Positions 30,301 through 43,492 of a stretch of DNA of 64,000 nt are shown here, one piece after another. The notes beneath the pieces are model-generated. The model saw nothing but the letters and a program-made list of their open reading frames with translations, was not told the DNA's origin and did not search any database. The stretch is from Paraphysomonas bandaiensis. Lineage: Eukaryota; Protista; Chrysophyceae. The translations under genes and the position numbers were made by a program. The number at the start of each line of letters is the position of its first letter. Within the stretch, counting starts at the first letter, position 1. Location: contig CBFFRP010000071.1 in the NCBI GenBank assembly GCA_965644295.1, positions 62,001 to 126,000 on the forward strand, written 5' to 3'.

Positions 30301-31632
30301 AGTGGACATATAATTCAAGTAGGTACTGTCATGATCGGTCATAGAGGCGTACGAGATATTACTGTGCACATGAATCCGTCCAACATCATACTTCGCAATC
30401 CGACGAGTCATCCAGTCTCGGAGGTCGCAAATATGCTTCTGCACTTCTGTGTCATCAGTGGAATCACAGTAGTTCTTGTCAGTGCAAGGGCTGACGAAAT
30501 TTCGTCTGATCCATAGAACGCGATTCACATCAATGTCATTCTTAAGGGCATACTTAACCTCCCACTCCGATATACTCCTCCCCACTGCAACATCACGACA
30601 TACCGACTTATCAAAGCGTACACCATTGAATAACGTTCTCAGTGGTTGCATAATGTCCCAATACGGGTCATTGTCAACTGTCTCAAGACTTTTGAGTGTG
30701 TATTGAACGGGATTAGCGTTAGTGTCAAGAGAGTACCAATTCTGAGCCAAAGTAACCAAAGCAGGGTCATCGCATTTCTCAATTATCGATTCAAAAGTAC
30801 GCCGTTCGATTGATCGTGGTAGAGGACGATAGCCATACTTGTCGTTTTGCAGTGATATGAAAAACAGACCTCGAGATTCGTCTCGGCACCGCTGGATCTC
30901 TCGCTTGCATTCATCCCACGTTCTGTGGTCAAGCATGTGCTTGTCTAGAACACCCCATCTGGTATAAAAAGAGTAAGAACTGAAATCATTATACGTTCTA
31001 AACAACAAACCTCATATCTACAAAAGTGACCTCAATGTCATGCGGATATGAAAGCTGGCGCAGCTGCGGCAAGATTCTGTCTAACAATATGTTTCTCTCG
31101 CACCTTGTGTCCTAATTACAACAGGTGGTCATTGAAATTGTAACATGTAACCTATAAAACGTACTGTGAAGGTACTCGACACAAAAACTAGCATCTGCCA
31201 CTGACGAAATCTCCATTGATTGACAGTAGTTGCAGTCGTCTGACTAAATTCTTCAATTTCTCCGTGCATAAAATTGCCTGATATAACCTCTCGACGAAGA
31301 CCGATTTTACTCTCTTCAAGTGCAATCAATTTATCCTTTAAGGCAGCATACTTGAATTTATTTTGAGGCGAATTCGATCCATTAACACGCCTGCGAGATA
31401 AGCTACTACTGCATCGCTTCAATGACACAGCCGGCATCTTAACATCACTGTTAGTGCCTCCTGACAGCCCTAAAGGGGACCTCCTGCCGTTTGATACACT
31501 CTTCGGTGACTTGACAGTGTTGGGAAGAGTGTGTACTGTGGCTGTGTGTCTCAGATGACGACTGGAGGAAGAGGTATTGAGGTAGGGCCTCTGTGTGTTT
31601 GCGCGAGGTAGAGTGGAGGCTGATCTTGACAT
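27367..31632 (-). CDS. NWD1/2-like STAND NTPase: DUF4062-like domain + NACHT-type P-loop + WD40 repeats
   Basis: VFVSSTFT...ERN motif, Walker A GDHGVGKS, Walker B VVLVLDAVDE, about 6-7 C-terminal WD40 repeats, two short 5' introns. Confidence 0.88.
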
Positions 31633-34033
31633 GAGAGGACTGCACGGGGTCTATATGTACTGTATGGGATGGTAAGGGTCTCTATGGGCTTACAGGGCTA
31701 TAGGAGCTGATAAGAGGTGATAGTGATGTGTATGGGTGATGGGGATGATGGATAGATACCACACAAGTGCACAGATAGACAGATACACAGATAATGTGAT
31801 GATTATATAGATGACAATGCTATGAATAGATATACACATACATGTTCAGTCAGCAGATACCACGATGATATGCTGCCTGTATATGGATGTATGTGTGTAT
31901 ACAGCAGTACTGTGTATGTGTATAGCAGCACACGTACAGCAGCAGTACATATGCTACATACAGTCCATATGAAGAAGTGAAACAGAAATCTAATCGTATT
32001 GGCAGTCGGCATCTTATTTTTCGGAAATAAATTGAAGCCAATATACTCTATATATCTGCAATAAAACTACAGCTGGAATACAGATAAGTTTTGTCTCAAT
32101 ATTAGAGGCATCTTGGAACAAAAATATACAAAGGATGCCAATACGATGAAGTTCAAGTCATTTGAAAATTAGGAGATTTTGATATAAAAGCTTATATTTA
32201 ACACTTTATATACACAAAAATCACTGCTTTTTACTATAATAACAGCATAGTGCGATAGTTGTGGTCACCGTATTCCACAGTATTCCGTCTATATGTTGTC
32301 ATACATAGATGGGGCAAACAGCGTTTCAGGTCATGTGATTATGTGGCTGAGAATCACTCTTAAGGCTCTGCATAGACGAGAGGCTACAGCATGCAATAAT
32401 GCACACCTGTCACAAGTTAGGCGACTATGGTTGTGCGAGTAACTCCATTATATGAGTGATATGATGCATTGCGTGTGTGATTGGCTGTGATCACCAGATA
32501 TGTGTGTATCTTCTCACAGCTATGTGCAGTGATAGATGTACATATGCTAGAGACAACAAGAGTCTAATCCGGCAATAGACAACACTCTGTTAGTGGTAAG
32601 TTGATCTTACTGTCAATGTTGATGAGTAGGCGCCACTGTGATGATAAGTTTCTTCTTGACATAAATTGTGGAACCACAAAAATTTAATCTTTGAGAACTG
32701 AGTGGCATGCATTGACTGTCGCCCCTTCCTTGTGGTGTTGTACATTGTTTAATATTGTGTTTGTGAATGTAGACCTTACGCAGAGTGACATCAGGAATCA
32801 TCAGCTGTTTTATTTCCAGCATATACTCTCGCATCTCATGCCCACTGTGAGGTAAGAATCGCCGTATGTGTTTTCCGTCCCGGTGTTATGATGATCGGAG
32901 CTCTGCTCTTTCTATAATGTGATGTCCATGATCACTAATTCAGTCTTCAATCTGATACACCTTTGTTATTGAAAGTTAATGTATCTTATCTGACATTTGC
33001 TATGACGTCATTTTCCCCTGTAATTATGTGTCGCAGATGTTTGGAAACGATGTCCGATACCAGATGCTGTAGAACTCGGTACGTTTTGGTATTTTTTTTG
33101 TGTAGCATTTTCCTCTACTATGAAGATATTACTCTTTATTGACATGCATTGTGGAACCACAAATATTAATCTTTGAGAACTGAGTAGCGGAATAGTAATC
33201 ATATGTGTTCTTATTGAGTATGCCTTCGGTACTTACTTGCTCGTGTGTAGCTGAAAGGAGTAATTGTGCCTAAAGATGGAGGAAAAGAGATCCTCGGACA
33301 TCATAGCTTCTACGATATGATATACTTATCGAAGTCATGTTTGGCTCATGTCTAAATCCTCGGTTGGTGTAGTCCTCATGGACGATACGAGAGAAGCGAA
33401 CCCATCTCAACCACGGTTATCCTTATCAAGGAGTATTATTAGATGAGTAAGCCTACTTCTATGTATCATTATTTATAATTAATTCTACTCTGATTACCAT
33501 TACAAGAATATCGTTCGCTCTAGGGTGCAGATGTTTACGCCGTCATGTCTCAAAGTAGATTTTTTAAAACAAAGTTGTACCTTGAATTATAGTTGAAATA
33601 TATAGTTACCTTAGGTATATTATTGTGCCTCTATACCGCTTTCACTAATAAAGTTTCTATTACTCACATTGCAGTGTATGGTGAGGAAGTATTCGGTATC
33701 CACAAGTAGTTCAATACAGAACCGCAACTCAGACAACAAATTGCAGTATATTGTTCCCTATTGCTGACTAATTCTAAGCAGCACACGAATTCACTTTTAG
33801 CTTTATCACCAAGTTTGACATTCGTGTTATTAGTGATAATAGGTAGTAAGCAAGTCATCGCCCTATTTACTAGTAATCATATGCAGCCACATATACTGTC
33901 AAAAGCAACCAAGAGATTCGTGGAACGTAACTGAACTATCTGTTCCTGCAAAGCACTATATAACACAGGACTCCACAAAACTAGGCCACAGAGGCAAATG
34001 CAATAAAGCTAACGATTCTTTTAAGGCAGAGTG

Positions 34034-35539
34034 TTAGTCCATTTTCTTCACGGCAGATCGTTTTCCCATTCGATACACAAATATATCCAGTGCATCCGCC
34101 GCTTCGCAACATATCTATATATATGTGTCACATGTGCTAAACCGCCAATGCACTAGAAAGTAAGACGTACCATGCAGAATCTGTGAGTAGAGTAGGCAAT
34201 AGAGAGGAGAGTAAGCGGAATGATCAACAATGACTCATCAACAAGGGCACCATCAGAAGGACAGAATGCAACATTCGCAGCAAGCACGAGTGGAATCCAC
34301 ATAGTCTGTATACATACCAAATCAGCTCAATACTAGAGCAGCAAAATAGACAGCAAAATTGTACTGAGTTACGTAAGTAACAGCAGAGTAGAGTGTACGT
34401 AATATGTACATATGTTTTTACTACTCACATATCGCTCCCCAGGTCTTATATAGCTATGACATATGTGCATAAGCATCACATGTGTAATGAGCTCTACGAA
34501 CACAGACCCGAGAAGTAGCGTCTGGAAATAAAATTATTAAATGAAATACAAAAGTAATGGAATAGTTACCGTCCATATAGCATACTTCTGTAGTGCAACT
34601 TGACTGAGGAAACACCAACAAAATGCTGAGACACAGAATACAACGAAAGGTACCAAGTTCAGCAATGCCCGTGGCGCACTAGAATTTTCCTTTTTCTCGG
34701 CCATTGGAAGAGCTATGAAACATCATCAGAACATAAATACTTTATACATACACAACATACCAACAATGAAGTTGCATGCCGTGGTGCATATAGTAGCTAT
34801 CGCGAATGCAAGTGCAAGTATATCAAAGTTGGAATATGAGGTCGGAAGGAAAGAATACTTCTGCAGCAACTCAGGTGAGGTAGCAATAGAGTCTTGCCAA
34901 AACTCTGCTCCATGGAAAAAAGATGTCGTACATAAACCCATGACGACCAGTAAACCCTCAGTTGGGCCATTCACCACAGGAAGAACTAGCTCTTCTCTGT
35001 AGAACTCTTCCCACCCTTGCATGTAGAACGGAAAGAATCCCATGCCGTATAATAGAAACAGCTTCATAGTCTCGCCAGTACCCAATGCAGAGGCAATCGG
35101 AAGCATTAATAGACCAGCGTTAATGGCATCAATCCCATGGTCGTATATCATGCCAAGAGCAGATGATGACCCGGTCTTGCGTGCCTGAGTACCACAATCA
35201 GAAACAGCACTAGTAACACTGAAACATGCTTACCTGCTTTCCATCCATGTTGTCTAGAGTTTGATAGATAAATAAGTTAACCGCGGTTGCGAGATGAATC
35301 CAACGTGGGGCATCCACACTCAAAGTGGGATTGTATACAATAGTGATCACAAAAGACAAAAGCGAAAATATAAGTCCCCCCGTCGTAATGACATTAGGGG
35401 CAACTGTTGTAGGAGTAAAATTATCTACACAAAACTGTGCCAATGGAGAAAGGGCATATTTATAAATATAAGAAGTGTCCCCTCCATTATACTTATATCG
35501 AACCAAATTCCTGATCTCTGTGGGTGTCATAACAGTCAT
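34034..35539 (-). CDS. Choline/ethanolamine phosphotransferase (CDP-alcohol phosphatidyltransferase, AAPT/CEPT family)
   Basis: YKYNGGDTS, APNVIT, and spliced signature DNMDGKQARKTGSSSALGMIYDHGID. Ends ...KKMD* at 34034. Confidence 0.92.
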
Positions 35540-36091
35540 TGTACTTCACGCGCGCGTTGGGTGCAATGAACAGGTTTACTTATGAATGATTAATCGTTGC
35601 AGGTCCCAATAGACTGGCGCGATGATAGCTAAGTGAGTTATATGCGCTCGAGGGATGGAAGTTGCATCAACAGTTAAGTGCAGCGCTGCTGTGTGCTCAA
35701 ATTATCATGACAAAAAAACAGTTGTGTGGTTGATGTTTTTTTCAGGTGGGATTCAACTGTCATGATCTGTACCTATAGAGGTGTAGACAAGTACACTTAT
35801 ATATATATGGGTTACACATTAAGCACAGTATATAAGTACACCCCTACATCACCCAGTACAGTGCAACAGTACACAATTCATGAGCACACTGCAGCATACA
35901 TAATCCTACCACAGTACATAAGTACGTACCCTACCCAGGTACACGGGCGGTTGACGTCGAGCTGTTCTATTCTTCTTCTTTACACATACATGCACAGCCA
36001 TATCGTCACACTCATAGCTGTCCATATACTGTAACCTTAACGATTACTGAACTCTTTCATTGCATTGTCGTTGTGATCATCACACAGTACC

Positions 36092-37031
36092 ATGATAAAG
36101 CGCATCCTCGTAACAGGAGCTAATAAGGTACCTGTATATGAATGCCGACCTGTGTATGTATGTGTATGTGTACCTGTGTATGCATATATATATAGTATGG
36201 ATGCATATCTATGAACTCACTGACTTAAAGGGCATTGGAAAAGCACTCTGTACAAAGATCCTCTCTGAGTACCCCGACACCTATGTTCTTCTTGGCTCAA
36301 GAGATCGTCAAAGAGGCGAAGAGGCTGTTGAGAGTATCATTCAAGATACTCATTTAGACTATCGTCCAAGAATTGATGTGTTGGTTGTGGATGTTTCATG
36401 TGATTCATCTGTTCAATCAGCTGCTGAAACTGTTGAGCGTATGTTTGGCAAGTCTCCTGCTCCGTTATATGGTCTTGTAAATAACGCAGGCATTGGCAGT
36501 GGTGCCTATAGCACTGTAATGGCCACTAATTTCTACGGTACAGTGAGAATGACAAACGCATTTCGTCCACTTTTACAGAATTGTGGTCGTATTGTCAACA
36601 TTGCATCTGCATCTGGACCAAATTATGTTTCTCGTTGTAGCCCAGAGATGCAATCGTTCTTTACATCTCGAGACGTAACTTGGGATGAGTTGAATGACAA
36701 GGCTGTAGCTATGGGGCAATTGGGTTCCTGTGATGCGGATGCCTATGGTATCTCGAAAGCGTTTGTAAATCTATTCACTATGCAGACCGCTAAAGCTCAC
36801 CCCGATCTAATTGTCAATTCGTGCACTCCTGGATTTATTTTGACTGACATGACTGCCGGAAAGGGAGCAACTAAATCTCCTGAGGCGGGAACAGTGTCAC
36901 CCATGCATTGTCTCTTTGGAAAAACGGAAGATGTAGGTTCCGGAAGATACTATGGTAGCGATGCAGTGCGCAGTCCGCTGGACAGGTATCGCGATCCTGG
37001 AGACCCACCGTATATTCCAACCGATGACTGA
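36092..37031 (+). CDS. Classical short-chain dehydrogenase/reductase (carbonyl-reductase-like)
   Basis: Exon 1 MIKRILVTGANK splices to GIG, giving TGxxxGIG; also NNAG, YGISK and PGFILTDM. Confidence 0.92.
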
Positions 37032-37539
37032 ATGCTTAAGCATTGGCACATGCACAGTATTTGACATATCATCACGTTTGAAGGAAATGGAATATTGGGT
37101 ACTGATGCAGAGATTAAGTTTTGTTTCCGAAGTCAGATTCTAGGCCTAGAGTTCGATTAAGGCTTGTAATAGTTGAAATCATGATTCTTGTTAATTCTAT
37201 AATGCAGCCAATTGAGCATTTACATTTTTTATTATAAATGTGTAGAACAGTAAGTACTCTGCATCGCAATCTATATTAAAATGTTCAAGTATATGGAATA
37301 TATTTTTTGCTTCTAGGCTTTGGGGTCTATTCGAAAATTCAACATTATATTTCAGGTATAGGTATCAATATAACGGCCCCACTCCGACTGTTCTCCGGTA
37401 CAATTTCGCGCTTATTCTACGCACTTCCCACGTTCTCTTCTATCTCGGCTGGCCATATCGTGCGAAGAATTTGGGAGAGCTACCCTTTCGCTCCCATTCA
37501 TATTAGCATCACTACTGTTACGCGAAACCAACCCTCAAC

Positions 37540-38390
37540 ATAATCGGACTTGTACCTTTTTGTGGGGTTCTGGGGGATAAGTGCCTTATAGCCTAATGCA
37601 TGTGTGGTACTAGGGGCACTAATAAGTGACACTTGTGTAGATGTATTTGGGCCTTGACGAATAGACATGCATCCGAAAATGGGCCTGCCTGAAGGGCATC
37701 CGGGCTGTTCACCTTAAGAACAGAGGGCGAAAGTGGTTGCACCTTGGTGCTTGCGGTGACACACAAGGCATCCGGGAATGGGCCTACCTGAAGGGTAACC
37801 CGGGAATACGGCTGCCTGCTGAAGTCAAAAGCATCCGGGCTGTTCACCATTAGGACACAAAAAACTTGAAGTCAGCAGATGTCAGGTATAGCAGTATTCT
37901 GCTTGCTCACTGCGTTTGCTCTGAGCAGAGGTGGTTTATTCGTCAGGGGGGGCAATGACGTTTACACGTCTACACAAACATTCGGCTATGAGTGGGCAGA
38001 ACAATATCTGCTGTCTATGTTTGCGGCTCGCGTTTGTTTTCCGGAGAAATATCTCCGGTACTTATCCCCCTGAACACCACGAATAGACTCAACTGATTTT
38101 GAACTACTCTTCCACACTGTATGATACAATACATTTTTTTCAGTCAATTGCTATCGACACACGATCTTGGCGAACCTCACAATCAACATTAAGAACGGAA
38201 GTGGTCGCACCTTGGTGCTTGCGGCGACGCACAAGCAGCTTCTGTAGCGCTAAATAGTAGGATAATAGAGTTTGTGCTGATTAGTTATGGGTAGAGGTTC
38301 TAAATAGTCTGTCTAGCATTCAACTCTAGCCACTACATTGGTGCAGATTTTTAACGCCTATTGCTAAATATATGCTTTCAATATATGCTA
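37540..38390. mobile_element. Copy of the modular foldback repeat family
   Basis: Same modules as at 16.3, 26 and 56.7 kb, some duplicated and inverted. Right end ...ttaacgcctattgctaa. Confidence 0.75.
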
Positions 38391-38793
38391 TCGACTTCCA
38401 TGCGCGCCCTGGATATCTAGCTTACTTGAGTTGTTTACAGTTTACTTATTAGAAAGCAATATAATAATTCCACATATTATGTTTTAATATAAGTGTGTGA
38501 CTTTGAGTCTAGCTTGAGTTGAACAACTAATTTTTGTGGCTATATTATGTGGAGTAAAGGAAGCACTATGAAATAAATGAGATTAGCTGGTAGACAGTGA
38601 CTGAATAAGAGAATGAGCGCCTATGATTGTAAATTGTTAGTTGACTGAAGCTAATCAATGTAGCAAGTTACAATAAATGATGAGAAATACTTTTCAAAAC
38701 TACAATTAATGACCGAACTCAACTACCTTACTTCGAAGGTCCAAATGTCAACTACTAACATGTGTGAAACCGCAGCAGTTAGCCTGCTGGTGA

Positions 38794-39618
38794 CTAGCGT
38801 CTGTCTAGGTAAGGAGTTAATAGCCGTCGAACTTCATTGAGCTTTCTCTCATCGGGAGCATAAGCGACAACTCTGTTTGATGTTCCACCTCTTCCAATTG
38901 TGGTAACCTGAAAGAAACATCCTGGAACCTTGTTGCTGAGAGATTTAAGATTTCTTCCTTTGGGACCAATAAATCTTCCCACTAGCCTTCCATTAAGAGG
39001 TTCAACAGTAACACGGCCTTCCCTGACGGCCCTTAAATTAGCATTTGAAAGAGCTTTGCCGGTTTCCCTTTGAGATGGAGAGGCGAGGGAATTTTGTCTT
39101 TCGTGTAACTGAAATAGGCATCCTACATCGCCTGATGCCCAGTCAATCATTTTCGACGTCAACGGACGAGTAGCCCAAAATCGAAAATTGGAAACATACA
39201 TATTCTTGTCCCGTTTATTGTTTTGTGGAAGTGCATAAGTGGAGAGCAGATCATTTAAATTCACCTCCTTTCCACGAATTGCTTGATCCCAAGCCTGAGT
39301 GTCATGAACATTATGCAGCCTTATGCCCAACAAGTGATACAAAGCATCAGAGTCCATTTTGCAGTCATGAATAATTTTCATGATGGAATTATTCTCAAGA
39401 ATATCCTTTAGTTCGTCAATCATCTCACAGCAATTAGAAGTCAGTCGATGAACATCAAAGAGAAAGCATCTCTCTCTAGTAGACAGCTGGACAATGCATA
39501 TTTCTCCTGTTCTTCCCAGGTCAACTCCTTCGCAGTCCAGAGCAAGTATGCTCTCACTCCTGAGACACTGGAATACCCCACATATATCTGAATCCTTATC
39601 CACAACTGTCACGTTCAT
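38794..39618 (-). CDS. EXD1/Egalitarian-like DnaQ 3'-5' exonuclease fused to a C-terminal KH domain (intronless)
   Basis: ALDCEG, HDCKMDSDAL, DTQ, WATRPLT..MIDWASGDV, and KH loop VGRFIGPKGRNLKSL. First ATG is at 39618. Confidence 0.85.
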   Translation of the reverse strand: MNVTVVDKDSDICGVFQCLRSESILALDCEGVDLGRTGEICIVQLSTRERCFLFDVHRLTSNCCEMIDELKDILENNSIMKIIHDCKMDSDALYHLLGIRLHNVHDTQAWDQAIRGKEVNLNDLLSTYALPQNNKRDKNMYVSNFRFWATRPLTSKMIDWASGDVGCLFQLHERQNSLASPSQRETGKALSNANLRAVREGRVTVEPLNGRLVGRFIGPKGRNLKSLSNKVPGCFFQVTTIGRGGTSNRVVAYAPDERKLNEVRRLLTPYLDRR

Positions 39619-40454
39619 TATTGTCAATCAAAGAGAAAATAACGAATAGCTTTATGTTATGTAGATTGAATGCGCTGCACTGCATACAGATGTCTCTTGA
39701 TTCGTATGTGAACAATTGTCTGTATTTTGGACATAGAAGAACAAACTTCAACAGATCCAGAAGTTCAAACTGAAAACATTATGCAACTGACAACAGAGTG
39801 CATCTACGCTGCTGTTGTACTTACAGCTCTATACATACATATATAGTGTGTGCGTCGTATAGGAAGACTTAAAAAAACACCAATACATACAGCATCCAAT
39901 CAGCTGTTTCTTCTCCTTCAGATTCTTCCACATGACTTCATGTTAGGGGACATATTTATCGACCATATTGATTGCCAAGGCACATATACATACATATCTG
40001 TCCCTGATATATGGATAATACTTATAGCCATGGCACATATGCATTATACATGCACTGTATATACACATATCGAATGATGAGACGTAAGTATCTGTATATA
40101 TACAGTCCAAAGGGGGCATTTCCTCCACCAAACTCAGAAGAGTGTCTACCTCATAACTAGAGTAGTTCTACCCCATTCTTTCTTCCTGTCTTTAGCTGTG
40201 GATAGATAATCTAAGTGCTGGACTGGCTCATATACACAGGCATCCACTGCGTACCGAACACATGAACACATACGCTCATTAGCTGGAAAAATCTAGTGAA
40301 TATTAATTACGTGTTTCGAGTGGAAAGACGACTTACTGCTGGATATTGAGAGGTGCTGTGTATTGAATATGTTGCGATAGTGTGAGAGTCTGTTAGTGTA
40401 CATGTACATGATCTGACTACTGTGTGCATAGTGCTGCAGTGTATGAATACATGT

Positions 40455-40836
40455 ACATACATACATACATACATACATACATACATACATACATACATAC
40501 ATACATACATACATACATACATACATACATACATACATACATACATACATACATACATACATACATACATACATACATACATACATACATACATACATAC
40601 ATACATACATACATACATACATACATACATACATACATACATACATACATACATACATACATACATACATACATACATACATACATACATACATACATAC
40701 ATACATACATACATACATACATACATACATACATACATACATACATACATACATACATACATACATACATACATACATACATACATACATACATACATAC
40801 ATACATACATACATACATACATACATACATACATAC
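40455..40836. repeat. (TACA)n microsatellite, about 95 units
   Basis: Pure tetranucleotide array between divergent genes. Confidence 0.98.
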
Positions 40837-41214
40837 AGCAGTGTATGCTAAATATTAAATATACTGTTTGCTTTTTTCTAGATTTTTATGTCGAAAAAAC
40901 GGGTATTTATCCTCCACAGTTGCTATAAAAGTGCTCTATACTGCTGTATGCCATACTGCTGTACATGCTCACAGACATACAGCTGCTGTGTATGATACAC
41001 AACTGTGTATACCTCCTTCTGTATATGTACTACAAGGACAGCCATATATATCTACATCTACCCTCATACATATACACCAGTACACACTGTGCCGTACATA
41101 CATACCGCATCCACCACAAGACAGTCCTGTGCCTCCATATATATCCATACACATACACACATAGGCCTCATCCATCAACACCATACAAGGAATCAATCCT
41201 ACCCAATCATCAAC

Positions 41215-42314
41215 ATGTCTCGTGTGCTTCCCTGTATATCCATAGGGGTTATAGTGGTGGCTGTGTGTCTGCAGCAGATCGCCGTTAAAAACATTTCACT
41301 GCGTCAAAATCTCTCCAAAGAGAGCTTTAAAGAAGTCCCTTATACAGTGGGGGATATTCCGACCACTCTCTACTCTGCTGGTCGTATCGGAGACGTATTA
41401 AAGGAGTGGAATCATGAGGGGTTTCATTTATACAGACTCAAAGCTGGAGAATCTTTTGATGTGGATTATATGCACATTAACTCAAGTGTCCGAGCTAAAT
41501 CCTTGAGAAGTGAGTGTAAATGGGAGAGTGTGTTATGCACTCCCTGTTTCAATGAATCAAACATGGTCACTACTGTGGACACCACAACTGTTTTCAGTGA
41601 GCCAGGATGGTACGCATCTTTCGCTAAAATATCTGACGATGCCGTTGAAAAGCTCTGGAATCTTCTTAAACTTCCATTCAATGTTGAGATCGCAGAGCTG
41701 GAGCATGCATTCATTTCTAATCTAAAGTCGCCTATGATTACTGCTGCGATTCACGCCAACCCCATGACATCATCGATGGCCATTCAGGTGAGATGCAGCG
41801 TGGGTGTACTGTAATTTTGGCACTAACTGTATTGCAGTTTGTAGGCAGGAAAACATGGCTGTTTTACCCTGCGGATACATATGTCTCATCAATGGGTGCT
41901 GTCCCGGCTGCACCTATACTTCTTCCTAAGAGATCTCCTCGCGAACCCTACACACTCTACGTGTACACCTCCCAACCTGGAGACGTCTTATTCTTCCCCG
42001 AGTCATGGGCACATGCTGTGCTGACTTATGATGGGCCGAATGTCATGGTTAATTACAGAAACTTTCACTACAAAAATATACTTCGACAGCCTTTCACTTG
42101 GATTACTGCCATGTTTAATCTGAAAATGTTTCCGGAGCTGATTCATCGTGGTGGTGTAGCTGCTGGTGGGGCAGCCCAGAACGAAGCCGTTCCAGAGAAA
42201 AAATTGAACAAGGATATTTATGGCAAGCTCGATGAACTTTGCACTGATGGGGTAACAGATTTTGATAACCAAATGTTGGAATTGCTGAGGTCGGAGCAGA
42301 AAAAGTATCAGTAG
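41215..42314 (+). CDS. JmjC/cupin-fold protein with an N-terminal hydrophobic segment
   Basis: AAIHANP...IQ|FVGRKTWLFYP...QPGDVLFFPESWAHAV, with one intron at 41788-41837. Confidence 0.78.
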
Positions 42315-43492
42315 AAACATAGTGTACCATACTATATAGCATAGCTAGTCGGCCTTTTTTGCAGTTTGCAATTGAGGGTCTCATAGCATGAGTGTAATAT
42401 ACCCGTGGTTTAAGACACTATCGTTGTGTGGGACGAATGCAATTGTTGAGGTAGCTGGATAGCGATTCGATCAACGTTACATATTAACTTCACATACTTT
42501 TTTTGCTCAACAATCTATTTTCTGGTTACAGAAGGCAAGCGATAAGTCACTATGCCTATCTGAGTACATTTCATGTAGTTCAACTAAAAAGAATGGTTAG
42601 TACTTGCTTTTAGTACTTATATGTAACGATATTGGATATTAGAGCACTCTTTAAACTGTAAACAGTACTAGTATCTAGTATACAAAAAACGATATTACAT
42701 AGGAAGTAATTCACACGGGTTGAGGATGTGTTACAAGTGTACATGTGATTATCAGATTATATAAGGATAGATTGTAGTGAAATATTTATCTTCCCCAACC
42801 TGTGTCTGGAGTCTGGAGCGATAGTAATCTAAATATGTGTTTGGATCAATGTTTGAGACCCTATAATTCGAGCGCAACAGGACCGAGCAGCAGCAGGTAC
42901 TAAAACCATGAAAATGTGACGTAGGAGCGTCACGTAAAAAGCAAATAAGAATCGCTGAAAATATTTTTATATGTGCTGCTGGACGGTCTGCGTTATGAAA
43001 AGCTTTTAACGAAGAAAATTGAGCACAACAATGTATAAATGACTGCATCTAGTCAGAAGATGACTGAAAAAACGAGAAAAACAGGAGGGCGAAGTCAACC
43101 GGATGGAGAGACAGCTAAAGAATATAGTGTACAACGTTTGAATTCAAAGAGTGAATTATCATAGTGCAAAATCAACTGTACATCGTTTATTTCTAGGGTT
43201 CGGGAATAATAAATATGTGGACACTTCCACTGATTAGATGCCTACTTACACTACAATGTAGTAGATTTCTTACTTTCAAAAATATAGCTATTACATCAAT
43301 CAGATACCAATAAATGATAATTACTTATCTTCAAAAATATAGCTATTAGCTAACGAAGTGACACCCTAACAACAATTAATCCAATAAAAATACATGTTGT
43401 GTGACTGCACGATAACAAAATTATATATACGTCGCAGTCAATCAGTGCAACAAATAAAGAGCTGCGTCCAGCTGACCTACACTACACGCTGT

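Noticed and set aside
32655-33190. About 50-bp direct repeat (ttgac...gtggaaccacaaa...ctttgagaactgagt) about 480 bp apart
   Set aside because: No LTR hallmarks or coding interior were recognised; it is probably a decayed local duplication.
37593-38073. Short ORFs within the modular repeat family, or an RNA-gene interpretation of it
   Set aside because: Reading frames are not conserved between copies, and no tRNA, rRNA or snRNA signature was recognised.
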